Assembly: GCA_963762145.1 (NCBI GenBank)
Contig: CAVXJS010000021.1
Span: 1,056,001-1,120,000 of the forward strand
DNA from: an uncultured Candidatus Rokubacteria bacterium
GTDB lineage: Bacteria; Methylomirabilota; Methylomirabilia; Rokubacteriales; CSP1-6
DNA: 64,000 nt
Direction: 5' to 3'
The translations under genes and the position numbers were made by a program. Numbering within the stretch: position 1 is the stretch's first letter; each line of letters begins with the position of its first letter. The notes beneath the pieces were generated by a model. That model saw nothing but the letters and a program-made list of their open reading frames with translations. It had not been told where the DNA came from and made no database searches. Shown here in pieces: positions 41,246-51,389 of the stretch.

Positions 41246-41921
41246 CGTGGCCCTCCTGCATCTGGCGGTTCGCGTGGGATTTTCCGCCCCAATCCTCGCC
41301 ACTCTAGGCTCACCGTGGCCCGGCAGATATTGGACGAAGGTCCAATTCGACCCTAGAGATGCCGCGGGTCTAGCGCCCGAGCTACTCGGTGACCTGATCA
41401 CTTCAGGACATTCCTCGGACCGACAACACCAAAATAGCGATGGCGCCGAGGAGAACCATCACCAGGGTCACCGCCGCCGTGAGCCTAATCGCATCCCGAA
41501 GACTCCACCGATCGCTCCCCGCGCAGCCCCATGCGATCACTGAGGTCGTCAGTATCGCCATGCCAACGACAGCCACAAACTGACTAATCTCAGCAACCCA
41601 AACTGTGAGGTGCAGCAAGCCGCCGAGCAGCTTCGCCATCACCGTTGCGGCCGAGCCGGTAGCGCTACAGCCCCGGGCTTCCGGGGCGCATCGCAGCCTG
41701 CCGCGCCAAGCCGCGTCGACGCAGCGCACACGCGCCCGAACAACCACCGAGTAGCAAGACGACCGGCACGGCTACGACGAGCCAAGCAACCCCAAGGAAC
41801 ACGATCACCGCGGCAATGAGGCCTATCGAAGTCATACTCAGCAGGAGCAGTAGTTTGATCATCCTCTCCCCCGTAAATCGCTAGGACAGAATGCGACTTC
41901 AATCGCTCCTTTGACGATCCC

Positions 41922-42698
41922 TCACCGGCTTTCCCGCTCCCAGTACTTCGGCCGGCTATGATGCTCGAAGAGCCGGGTTTCGTACTCCCGCTCGAACGCC
42001 CGGCTTGGATCGTACTCCGGCGCCGCCTTGATGTCGTTCTGACGGAGACCAACGTGGACCTTCGACTCCGGCCAGCTCACCGTCTTGATCCACTCGGGCG
42101 AAAGCACTACCTTCTTGCCGGGCCACCAGTTGCGTGTATCGACCACTAGGTAGCGGATCGCCCATGCCGGCTCGTCGATCAGGAAGTCCTCCACGTGACC
42201 GATGTCGCCGTCGAGTGCGGCGATGTAGTAGCCGGTCACGTCGCGCGCGCTCCGGAGGTACGGATCTCCCTTAGGGCTGTCGCGGGCGGCAATCTCCTCC
42301 AGCCCCGGCGAGACGGGCGAGGGAACCGGCACCGGCGGCATCCCGGGATAGGCCATCAGACCCCAGCGATACGGGCCTTCCCAGTAGTATTGCTGGTTGT
42401 AGTAGCGCGCGAGCGCTTCCTCCTGCTGACGGTCCACCGGCTTGTCGGCGTCCATCGGCGGGCTGTTCTCCACCTGTTCCCGACTGAGGTTTACGGCCAC
42501 TTTGCCGGCCACCCGCTCCCCGCCCACCGACAACGGGGAGATCAGCACCTGACGGCCGGGCAGCCAGCTGCCGGTATCCACCACCAAGTAACGAATGGTC
42601 CACGTGATGTCGTCAAAGTACAGGTCGCGGATGCTGCCGATGTCTCCGTCCATTGCCGCGATCGAGAGCCCCCTGAACCCACTAGCCGGGTTGAGCAT
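41922..42698 (-). CDS. Tandem PRC-barrel protein
   Basis: Two copies of DGDIG...W(T/A)IRYLVVDTxxWxPG. Confidence 0.9.
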   Translation of the reverse strand: MLNPASGFRGLSIAAMDGDIGSIRDLYFDDITWTIRYLVVDTGSWLPGRQVLISPLSVGGERVAGKVAVNLSREQVENSPPMDADKPVDRQQEEALARYYNQQYYWEGPYRWGLMAYPGMPPVPVPSPVSPGLEEIAARDSPKGDPYLRSARDVTGYYIAALDGDIGHVEDFLIDEPAWAIRYLVVDTRNWWPGKKVVLSPEWIKTVSWPESKVHVGLRQNDIKAAPEYDPSRAFEREYETRLFEHHSRPKYWERESR

Positions 42699-42979
42699 GG
42701 CCTTCCTCCTTTCCGCCTCCCAAAGCATTTCCCGTGCAAGCGCTCAATAATGCGCAGGAATGCGCAGGGGGGCGCCATGCCACAAACGCCGGATGCCAGG
42801 CCGTAAGGTTTACCGGGAAAGAGTAGCAGCGCCAGTAACTCGTGGGCACCGCGCGCGACGATCGAGACCGAGCGGCTTCTACACCTCCCTGATATCGGGC
42901 GAGTATGCCGTCCAGGGTCAGGCAGCGCACATCTGCACGCGGTATGCAGAGACAGAGCCTGGTGGGAGGTGTCACGACG

Positions 42980-44656
42980 ATGGGGCTTTCGATTCGCCGC
43001 CGTTGGCTCTGGGTGTTCGGGACGCTCGCGATGCTCGGACTACTGTCTTGTTCTATGGTGTGGCCCGATCGTTGGACGAGCCGGTCCGCCGTTACATGGA
43101 AACGGAAGCCAATCGGCGTCTGACCGGGTACACGGTGCGGATTCCAATGCTGCGGGTCCATCTGTGGAACGCCTCCATTGAGGTCCGCGATGCGAGCCTA
43201 GTGCAGGACGAGAACCCCGATCCGCCTCTGGTCCATATTGAACGCTTCGTGACAGCCGTCGATTGGCGCGCCCTGCTCCACCGACGCGTCGTGGCAGATC
43301 TGACATTTGATCGCCCCACGGCGTTTCTCAATCTCCGTCAGGTTCGTACCGAAGCCGCTAGCGACGTGCCACTCAAGGAGCGTGGGTGGCAACACGCGCT
43401 GGAAGCGCTGGCGTTGGACCTCAAGATCAATCGGCTGCGCATCATAGACGGTGATGTCACCTATGTCGATCAGGGGCCCTTCAAGCCGCTCCACGTCAGT
43501 CACCTCAATCTCAACGCCGAGAACATCCGCAACATCGCGTCGCAGGAGCAAGTGTATCCGTCACCGATCCATCTCGAAGCGGTGGTGTTCGACGCGGGTT
43601 CGGTTTGGCTCGACGGCCGCGCTGACTTCCTCGCCGAGCCACATGTGGGGGTACAGGCCGCGCTCCGGCTGGACCAGGTCGCCCTCGACTACTTCAAGCC
43701 GATCACCAATCGCTACAACTTGGCCGTCCGTAACGGCAGCCTGTCACTCGTCGGGAACATCGAGTACGCGCCGAAGACCACGCGGTTGATCCTCGAACGC
43801 GTGCTCGTGCATGGGGTCGCCTTGGAGTACCTGCACCTGCCCCATACGGCCGAAGTGGAGAAGGCCCGGGCGCAACAGACCGCGGACGCTGCGAAGCAGG
43901 CTACGAGGACGAGCACCGAGTTCCGCATCGAACGCCTCGAAGTGATCAAGAGCACCTTCGGGTTCGTGAACCGGGCCGCGAGGCCAGCCTACCGGCTGCA
44001 GATGACCGATACCAACCTCACGATCGAGCATCTCGGCAACCAGCGGCGGGACGGTCCGGCAGTCGCGAGACTCACCGGCCAGCTCATGGGTCGCGGAGCG
44101 ACCGACCTCACGGTGACCCTGCAGCCGCAGGCGGGGAGTGCCGATATGGATGTCACGGCACAGATCGAAGGCGCCGACCTGGTCCGATTGAAGGACCTCG
44201 TCCGGGCCTACGGCGGGTTCGAGATCACCGCGGGCGAGTTCTCTGTCGTACTCGGAGCTGCGAATGAAGGGCGGCGCCATCGACGGATACGTCAAACCGC
44301 TGTTCCGGGGTGTCAAGGTGGGCACCGACGACGAGGCGGTGGCCGAGAAGGGGTTCCGCCACCGGCTTTACGCGGGCTTGGTTGGGATCGGCGCGAAGGT
44401 CTTGAAGAACCACCTACGGGGCGAGGTCGCGACCGTGGTCCCGATCTCCGGGCGAGTGGATCGTCCGGAGATCGCACGATGGGAGACCGCGGGCCGCCTG
44501 TTGCAGAACGCCTTCGTGAAACCGCTCGCGCCGGGCTACGAACCGACGCGGAGTTCGAGACGTGAACTGCCGGCCGCCACCCGGGGTTCCGTGGCTCCCG
44601 CCCACCCGGCCCGTGAGCCTGAGCCTGAATCCACTCTGAGGCATGAATCGCCGTGA
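42980..44656 (+). CDS. DUF748 (AsmA-like) protein with frameshifts near 43050 and 44250
   Basis: VDWRALLH, LNAENIRNI, then GYVKPLF...VATVVPISG...LLQNAF. Confidence 0.75.
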
Positions 44657-44696
44657 GGATGTCCGGGCCCGGTCGCCACGCGAATGCGGTGAACCG

Positions 44697-45653
44697 TTAG
44701 GTGTACAGCTTGAGCCGGCCTCCGATCGCTTTCCACGCCGAGTGGCCACCTTTCATATACTTCGCGTCGAATCCAGCCTCGCGTAGCGTAATCGCCGTCT
44801 TGCATCCCACGTGAAAGCCATAAGCGCAGAACACCACAACCGGGTCCGATTTCGACAGTTCCCCGATCCAATCTTGGACACGCTCCGGATCACGCCAGAC
44901 AGCGCCGTCCATGATGTCCTGCTGCCGGGAAATGTATGACCTCGGACGAGCATCGATGATCTGGACCGGCTCGCCGGAATCCAGCATCGCCTTGACTTCC
45001 TCGACCCCAACACCCGGCAGATCCCCGAACTCCTTCTGGACGAGGGGTCGCGGTGCCTGGACCTGTGAGGCATCCTCGTACCGCGTCTGGGTCGCGTTCC
45101 AGTCGATGTTGCGCTGGAACGTATCGATGTACGCGGTCGCGTTGGCCCCGAAGTCGATATGGTAGGCGTGCTCGTACATATCGAGGGCCAGGATCGGAAT
45201 GCCCCCGGCCATGGCCTGCCCGTGATCGCCCGCATACTGATTGATGAGCCGGCGATCCCGGGGGACATAGACCAGCAGTACCCATCCTGAGCCGCCGGCC
45301 AAGCCCTTCGCCATTGCGACGAACTCACTGCGCCAACGATCCACCGATCCGAAGTCGCGGGTGAACGCTTGAGCGAGTACCTCGGTCGGCCTCCCATCGC
45401 CGAATGCCATGCTGGCGAAATACAGCTCGTGGAGCAATGTCGAGTTGAGCGCGATCAGCTGTTCACGCTTCAGGCTGTTGACCACATAGCCCGGAGTCTT
45501 GTCGAAGTCGAGCGACTCGAGCTGCTCCGTGATCGCGTTCAACGTGCGGAGCGCCCCGCCGTAGTGATTCTCGTAGTGGCTCTCTATGAGCCGCAGCGAG
45601 AGACCATTGAGCAGCCACGGACGAGTGTTGATCGGGGTCAGTTGGTATCGCAT
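44697..45653 (-). CDS. chrC: Fe/Mn superoxide dismutase (ChrC-like) fused to a rhodanese domain
   Basis: SHYENHYGG, LHELYF, GGSGW and LDMYEHAY; C-terminal IIDAR...VVFCAYG. Confidence 0.85.
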   Translation of the reverse strand: MRYQLTPINTRPWLLNGLSLRLIESHYENHYGGALRTLNAITEQLESLDFDKTPGYVVNSLKREQLIALNSTLLHELYFASMAFGDGRPTEVLAQAFTRDFGSVDRWRSEFVAMAKGLAGGSGWVLLVYVPRDRRLINQYAGDHGQAMAGGIPILALDMYEHAYHIDFGANATAYIDTFQRNIDWNATQTRYEDASQVQAPRPLVQKEFGDLPGVGVEEVKAMLDSGEPVQIIDARPRSYISRQQDIMDGAVWRDPERVQDWIGELSKSDPVVVFCAYGFHVGCKTAITLREAGFDAKYMKGGHSAWKAIGGRLKLYT

Positions 45654-45695
45654 GCCCGCTCCTCCAGGTGGAACGTTAAGGGTTGTGGTCCGGTA

Positions 45696-45935
45696 TTACG
45701 TCGACGGCCTGGTGCATGGTGGTGTCCTTGCTCGCTCGGACTCGCAGCGGTTCCGGGCATTGCGCGAGCCAAGAGCCCACGTCGCCAGACGACGAAGGAT
45801 CGTGGTCCGGACGGAGCTCATCCGACGCGCCGTCGAGGCGCGATCGTGAGTCAGAGCTCGGATCCGGGCGACCTCCCGGGCTTCGGTGTGTCGTTCGCGA
45901 ATCTGCTGCTCGACTATGTACCAAGCCTCATCCAT
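45696..45935 (-). CDS. Small helical protein, paralog of the segment starting at 47082
   Basis: RBS AAGGAG; MDEAWYIVEQQIRERHTEAREVARIRAL. Confidence 0.65.
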   Translation of the reverse strand: MDEAWYIVEQQIRERHTEAREVARIRALTHDRASTARRMSSVRTTILRRLATWALGSRNARNRCESERARTPPCTRPST

Positions 45936-46008
45936 GGTGTCGCTCCTTACGGCTCGTGCAGTTGTCCGGATCAGCAGCCCGAGTCTCGTGTTTATTCTGT
46001 TTCTAGTA

Positions 46009-46024
46009 TGAAACTAGTGTTTCA
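46009..46024. promoter_or_regulatory. Palindromic operator candidate 1
   Basis: TGAAAC-TAGT-GTTTCA. Confidence 0.55.
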
Positions 46025-46090
46025 CGACAGTCAAGCTCGAGATAGTGCGCCGCGGCAAATGGGACCACGGCTGGACTCGAAAAAGAGACC

Positions 46091-46118
46091 TTGACAAGGT
46101 GATGCAACAGTTGTTACA
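46091..46118 (+). promoter_or_regulatory. TTGACA -35 box plus palindromic operator candidate 2
   Basis: TTGACA at 46091 and TGCAAC-AGTT-GTTACA at 46103-46118. Confidence 0.55.
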
Positions 46119-47077
46119 TGAGGACAACAATGAATACCCAATTCCTCTTGCTCATAGTCAGTCTGCCGCCGAACCCATCCAGCTTGCGCGTGCGCGTATG
46201 GCGCCGGCTCCGGGCCCTGGGCGCCGTCGCGCTGAAGCGCACGGTGTATCTCCTGCCGGACACACCGGACAATTACGAGCAATTCCAGTGGCTTGGCCAG
46301 GAGATCCAGCGGGAGCGGGGCGAGACGATCCTCCTCCGCGTCGACCAGATCGAGAACATGAGCCGGACGGACATCATTCGCCTGTTCCATGAGGCCCGCG
46401 ACCCCGAGTACCGGCAGATCGCCACCCGCTACCGGAAGGTGATCCAGGCTCTCGAGCGGAAGTCCGCCGCCGCGAGCGCTCGGGTTGACCGGGACCTGAC
46501 CCAGCTCACGAAGGACTTCGAGAAGCTTCGGGAGCTCGACTTCTTCGACGCGCCGGGACGCGCCGAAGTCGAGCGACTGAGGGAGGCAATAGACATGCGT
46601 AAGCGCCCGCCCGAAAAGCCGACACGCCCTGACAAGCCCACACTTGACCTTCGTGCCCTCCGGGGACAGCGGTGGGTCACACGTCCCCGTCCCCATGTCG
46701 ACCGCATTGCGTCGGCCTGGCTGATCAAGCGATTCATCGATCCGGAGGCGACGTTCCTCTTCGCTGCCCCCAACGAGTTCCCCTCGGGCGCGATCCCCTT
46801 CGACACCCCGAAGGCAGAGCTCAGCCACGTCGGGGACGACTGCACGTTCGAGACACTCATCAAGCGGGCCGGCCTTCGGGACCGCCGGCTCACGCACCTC
46901 GCCGAGATCGTTCACGAGGCGGACCTTCGCGACGGGAAGTTTCCGCGGGACGAGGCGCGCGGGATCGACCTGGCTCTCCGCGGGTTTCTCGCCGCGTATC
47001 CAGATGACAACGATGTGCTTGCCCACGGCCTCGCCCTCTTCGAAGGGCTCTATGCGGGCGCGAGCCGGAAGGAGTAA
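46118..47077 (+). CDS. chrB: Chromate-resistance regulator ChrB
   Basis: SLRVRVWRRLRALGA, DFFDAPG, WVTRPRPHVDRIASAWLIKRFIDP and SHVGDDCTFE. The start may be 46130. Confidence 0.92.
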   Translation: MRTTMNTQFLLLIVSLPPNPSSLRVRVWRRLRALGAVALKRTVYLLPDTPDNYEQFQWLGQEIQRERGETILLRVDQIENMSRTDIIRLFHEARDPEYRQIATRYRKVIQALERKSAAASARVDRDLTQLTKDFEKLRELDFFDAPGRAEVERLREAIDMRKRPPEKPTRPDKPTLDLRALRGQRWVTRPRPHVDRIASAWLIKRFIDPEATFLFAAPNEFPSGAIPFDTPKAELSHVGDDCTFETLIKRAGLRDRRLTHLAEIVHEADLRDGKFPRDEARGIDLALRGFLAAYPDDNDVLAHGLALFEGLYAGASRKE

Positions 47078-47081
47078 GGCC

Positions 47082-48347
47082 ATGGAAGAGAACTGGTATG
47101 CAGTCCAGCAGCAGGCTCACGATCGAATCACCGAAGCTCGGGCGGTTGCTCGGGCGCACACCCTGATGCGGGAACTCGCTCCCCGGCACCGGGGGCGCTA
47201 TGCGGTCGGCATTGCTCTCATTCGCCTTGGCGGTTGGCTCTTGGCCAGTGGGGCAGCTTTGCCGATCGAGCTCTCACGGGCGCTCGCCACACTCCGTGCG
47301 GGAACCGAACGGTCCATTCGGGTCTCGAAGGAGCTCTCGACCATGAACGGATCTTCGGACCGACTCATCGTCCTGTCGCGCCGTGACGTGTTCGATCTCC
47401 TGACGCTTCCCGACTGTATCGCCGCGGTGGAGCGCGCGTTCCGCCTCCATGCCGAAGGCCGTACCCTGGGCCCCGGCGTTCTTGGCGTGCCCGCAGCGGA
47501 CGGCGGCTTCCACATCAAGGCGGCCGGCCTCATCGGTGAGCGCAGCTACTTCGCGGCCAAGACCAACGCGAACTTCCCGGACAACCCGCGACGCTTCGGG
47601 CTCCCGACCATCCAGGGCACGATCGTGCTCGCCGATGCGAGCAACGGCGTGCCGCTCGCCATCATCGAATCCGGCAGCGTGACCGCACTTCGCACGGCGG
47701 CCGCCACCGCCGTCGCCGCGAAGTTCCTCGCTCGGCGCGACGCACGGACGGCCACGATCGTCGGTTGCGGCGTACAGGGCGAGCTCCAGCTCGCGGCGAT
47801 TGCCGCCGTCCTGCCCTTGCAGCGCGCGTGGGTCCTCGACGTCCGACCACGCGCGCGCGGAGAGCATGGCCGCGCGCACCGCCGCGAGTCTCGGCCTGCG
47901 GGTGGAGGCCACGAAGGACCTGCCGGCCGCCCTTCGTGACAGTGACGTCTGCGTGACGTGTACGCCCGCTCGTCGCGCGTTCATGATGGCGGCCGACGTG
48001 CCGCCCGGCATGTTCATCGCCGCCGTCGGCGCGGATAGCCAGGGGAAGCAGGAGCTCGAGCCTGCGCTTGCCGCATCCGCGACGCTCGTCGTCGATGTCC
48101 TCGATCAGTGCGCGGAGATCGGCGAGCTGCAACATGTCCTCGCCGCCGGCCTGCTGACGCGCGCGCAGGTCCATGCGGAGCTCGGCGATGTCGTCGCCGG
48201 GCGCACGCCCCGGGCGTACCCGCGAGCGACGAGATCACCATCTTCGACAGCTCGGGGACGGCCCTGCAAGACGTCGCGGCCGCGATCGTGGTCTACGAGA
48301 ATGCTCGCGCGCTCGGGCGCGGCATTGAGGTGAAACTCGATGGCTGA
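47082..48347 (+). CDS. Small helical module in frame with an ornithine cyclodeaminase/mu-crystallin family enzyme (own ATG at 47343); frameshifts near 47843 and 48205
   Basis: NFPDNP, TALRTAAA, GCGVQG, AVGAD and FDSSGTALQD lie across three frames. Confidence 0.8.
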
Positions 48348-48424
48348 CGTGACGCAAGTTTCGGACAGCAAGATTCCGAGCAACCAAACCTGAACCCACT
48401 ACCTCTAACTGAAAGGACACCTCG

Positions 48425-48847
48425 ATGAAATGGGTGACCCGAGAAAAAGCGCGCGTGGACCGCATCGCCTGTCCCTGGCTGATCGATCGGTTCATTGATC
48501 GCGAACCGGTATTCCTCTTCGTTCCCGCCGGCGAGGTCATGAAGGTCGCCGAGCGGGAGCAGGCCATTCCCTACGACGTTCCCGACGTGGAGCTGGGGCA
48601 TCACGGTGAGCAGTGTTCCTTTGATGCCTTCCTGGACAAGTACAAGCTCGACGACCCGGCCCTCCATGCACTCGCCCTGATCGTGCGAGGAGCAGACACC
48701 GCCCAGCGGCAGCTCACCCCCGAATCAGCCGGGCTTTACGCGCTGGCTACGGGATTTCAGGCCACGAGCAAGGATGACGTCGAGAACATGGCGCGACAGT
48801 TCCCCGCCTACGACGCCTTGTACGCCTACTGCCGCTCGAAACACTAG
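48425..48847 (+). CDS. chrF: ChrF-like protein (ChrB C-terminal domain only)
   Basis: MKWVTREKARVDRIACPWLIDRFID and CSFDAFL. Confidence 0.88.
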   Translation: MKWVTREKARVDRIACPWLIDRFIDREPVFLFVPAGEVMKVAEREQAIPYDVPDVELGHHGEQCSFDAFLDKYKLDDPALHALALIVRGADTAQRQLTPESAGLYALATGFQATSKDDVENMARQFPAYDALYAYCRSKH

Positions 48848-48856
48848 CGCGAGCGT

Positions 48857-49528
48857 ATGCTGATGTCGCGACGTGCGGTTCTCGGGACTATCCTGGGGGG
48901 ACTCGGTGGATACGGGCTCACGCGCGGACGCCCTGCGCTTGCCGCCCCGGAGCTGGCCGTGCCGAGTACCCTCCCAGGGGAGACGCTCGACTTCGACAAG
49001 ACCGCCATAGATGGCTGGACCACGGTCGAGGGCAAGTGGGCGGTCGAGGACATGCCGGGTGCTCCGAATGGAGCGAGAGTCCTGGTACAGCGCGCAGTCA
49101 AGAACCAGTTCAACCTCATTCTCACCCCACTGGGCCCGTACTCGGATATCGACGTCTCGATGAAGTTCAAGCCGATCTCCGGCAAAGAGGACGCCTCGGG
49201 TGGCATCGTGTTCCGCTTCTCAGAAGGCCGGTACTACGTCGTCCGTGCCAATGCGCTCGAGGACAATGTCCGTCTCTACGTCTATGACCGAGGCCGCCGC
49301 CAGATCGCGACCAGCAACGTCAAGGCACCCACATTGGGGCAATGGCACACCCTCCGTGTGGTGGCCGTGGAGGACCGCATGCAGGCGTGGCTCGACGGCC
49401 AGCTGTGCGTGGAGCACCGGGACACTCGCTTGAAGTCCGGCCGCGTCGGGCTGTGGACAAAGGCGGATTCCGTGACCGCGTTCGATGACCTCACGATTCG
49501 TGGGGTCAAGAGGGGAGATTCACCATGA
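48857..49528 (+). CDS. Exported ConA/LamG-like (DUF1080-like) protein
   Basis: SRRAVL Tat-like leader, GGIVFR, YYVVRANALEDNV and GRVGLWTKADS. Confidence 0.75.
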   Translation: MLMSRRAVLGTILGGLGGYGLTRGRPALAAPELAVPSTLPGETLDFDKTAIDGWTTVEGKWAVEDMPGAPNGARVLVQRAVKNQFNLILTPLGPYSDIDVSMKFKPISGKEDASGGIVFRFSEGRYYVVRANALEDNVRLYVYDRGRRQIATSNVKAPTLGQWHTLRVVAVEDRMQAWLDGQLCVEHRDTRLKSGRVGLWTKADSVTAFDDLTIRGVKRGDSP

Positions 49529-50427
49529 GCTTTCACATATCAAAGCATGTGATCAGCATTCTTGTTGCAACCGTCATCATCGCCGCTCCCGGCCTTGCGG
49601 GCGCCGTGGACCCTGACTGGAAGGCGGTGGAACAGGCGCTCGGCAAGTCAGGTCAGTTGCAGGCCGGCGACGTCTTCCGGATCGGCATGCCAAGGACCGA
49701 CTTGGCCGTTACCGTGAAGGGGGTGCCCGTCAAGGCCCCGTTCGCCCTCGGGTCCTACGCCGCGTTCAAGCAGATCGGAAGCCAAGTGATGGTCATGGGC
49801 GACCTCGTGCTTCTCGATCAGGAGGTTCCGCCGGTGATGGCCGGCCTGTTCGCGGGAGGGCTTGAGGTCACGGCGGTTCACAATCACCTGAACGAGATGT
49901 CGCCACACGTCATGTACATGCACTACGAGGGCCATGGGGACGCGGTCCAGCTGGCCACGGCGCTTCGGCAGGCCCTGTCTGCCAGTGGGACACCCTCCGG
50001 CGTCAGCGCCCCGTCTGCCCCGGCCACCGTGGCGGGCCTTGACCCGAAGCCAATCGAGCAGGCGCTCGGGCGCGCGGGCCGAGACATCGGGGGCGGCGTG
50101 TTCCAGGTCACGGTCCCGCGCGTGGAAGCCATCACGGAGATCGGGCACCCGCTGCTCCCCGCCATGGGCGTGACCACGGTTCTGAATTTCCAGCCCACCG
50201 CGGATGGAAAGGCGGCGATTACCGGGGACTTCGTGCTGATCGACAAGGAAGTGAACCCGGTGGCGCAGACCCTGCTCCAGAACGGGATCGACGTGACGGC
50301 GATCCACAACCACGGCCTGATGGACATGCCCCGTCTTTTCTACATGCATTTCTGGGCGACTGATGATCCGGCGAAGCTTGCCCGGGGACTCAAGGCGGCC
50401 CTCGACAAGACGAACAGCCAGAAGTAG
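49525..50427 (+). CDS. DUF1259/LppY-LpqO-like His-rich exported protein with two repeats
   Basis: MGDLVL...VTAVHNH...YMHY and TGDFVL...VTAIHNH...YMHFW. Confidence 0.85.
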   Translation: MSFHISKHVISILVATVIIAAPGLAGAVDPDWKAVEQALGKSGQLQAGDVFRIGMPRTDLAVTVKGVPVKAPFALGSYAAFKQIGSQVMVMGDLVLLDQEVPPVMAGLFAGGLEVTAVHNHLNEMSPHVMYMHYEGHGDAVQLATALRQALSASGTPSGVSAPSAPATVAGLDPKPIEQALGRAGRDIGGGVFQVTVPRVEAITEIGHPLLPAMGVTTVLNFQPTADGKAAITGDFVLIDKEVNPVAQTLLQNGIDVTAIHNHGLMDMPRLFYMHFWATDDPAKLARGLKAALDKTNSQK

Positions 50428-50436
50428 GAGGCACAC

Positions 50437-51363
50437 ATGATTCTGGAACCAGTCGGCGAGATCCCCCTCCCCGCCCACCACGGGCCGGGCGGATTCGACC
50501 ACGCCGCGGTGCACCGGTCGCGACGGCAGCTCTACGTCGCGCACACCGCGAACAACACCCTGGACGTCATCGACTGCGAGGCCGGCAAGTATCTGCGTTC
50601 CATCCCGCGCCTCGAAGCGGTCGCCGGAGCGCTGATCTCCGAAGAGCACGACCTGGTGTTCACCTCGAATCGCGGGGAGAACACGGTCGGGATCTTCTCT
50701 GCCGATCACGAGGAGGCCCTGGCCAAAGTCGCGGTAGGCGTGAAACCCAACGGGCTGGCCTACGATCCCGCCCGGAGTCTCTTGCTTGCCGCGAACGTGG
50801 GCGACCCTTCGCTCCCGGGATCCTTCACGGTCTCGGTCGTCGATGTGAGCGCCCGAGCGATGATCGCGGACGTCCCGGTGTCGGGCCGAACCCGGTGGAC
50901 GGTCTTCGATGCGGAGGCCGGCTGCTTCTATGTCAACGTCGCCCACCCGGCCCAGATCGCCGTGATCGAAAGCGCCAATCCCAATCGAGTGGCCCGGACC
51001 TTTCCAGTGGCCGCCGTCGGGCCACACGGGCTGGATCTGGATGCGGCCACCCATCGGCTGTTCTGTGCGTGCGACGGCGCCGCGCTTGTCGTACTCGATT
51101 CCAGGTCGGGCGTCGAGCTCGCGCGGGCTGAGCTCGCCGGCGTCCCAGATGTCATCTTCTTCAACCAGGCCCGGCGGCATCTCTACGTCGCAATCGGCGA
51201 CCCGGGGCTGATCGAAGTGTTCGAGACGGACGGAATGCGCCGTGTCGAGGTGACTCGGACGGAGCTCGGCGCCCATACGCTCGGATTCGACCAGGCGCAC
51301 CATATGATCTACGCATTCCTGCCAGACTCTCATCGGGCGCTTGTCTTGCGCGACCGCGGCTAA
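50437..51363 (+). CDS. YncE/YVTN-like beta-propeller protein
   Basis: GGFDHA, LYVAH, KPNGLAYDP, PHGLDLD and GAHT. Confidence 0.82.
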   Translation: MILEPVGEIPLPAHHGPGGFDHAAVHRSRRQLYVAHTANNTLDVIDCEAGKYLRSIPRLEAVAGALISEEHDLVFTSNRGENTVGIFSADHEEALAKVAVGVKPNGLAYDPARSLLLAANVGDPSLPGSFTVSVVDVSARAMIADVPVSGRTRWTVFDAEAGCFYVNVAHPAQIAVIESANPNRVARTFPVAAVGPHGLDLDAATHRLFCACDGAALVVLDSRSGVELARAELAGVPDVIFFNQARRHLYVAIGDPGLIEVFETDGMRRVEVTRTELGAHTLGFDQAHHMIYAFLPDSHRALVLRDRG

Positions 51364-51389
51364 ACCGACCCTGCGAAGGAGGCAGGATA

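Noticed and set aside
41403-41862. Two small hydrophobic ORFs
   Set aside because: They overlap, have no motifs and have uncertain starts, so they cannot be supported as genes.
13430-48240. Programmed frameshifting at the many 1-nt frame breaks (about 13440, 16255, 16670, 23110, 29565, 43050, 44250, 47843, 48205)
   Set aside because: They share no slippery motif, occur in unrelated families and leave otherwise intact codons, so they are most likely assembly indels or neutral decay. They are unlike the in-frame UGA at 12021.
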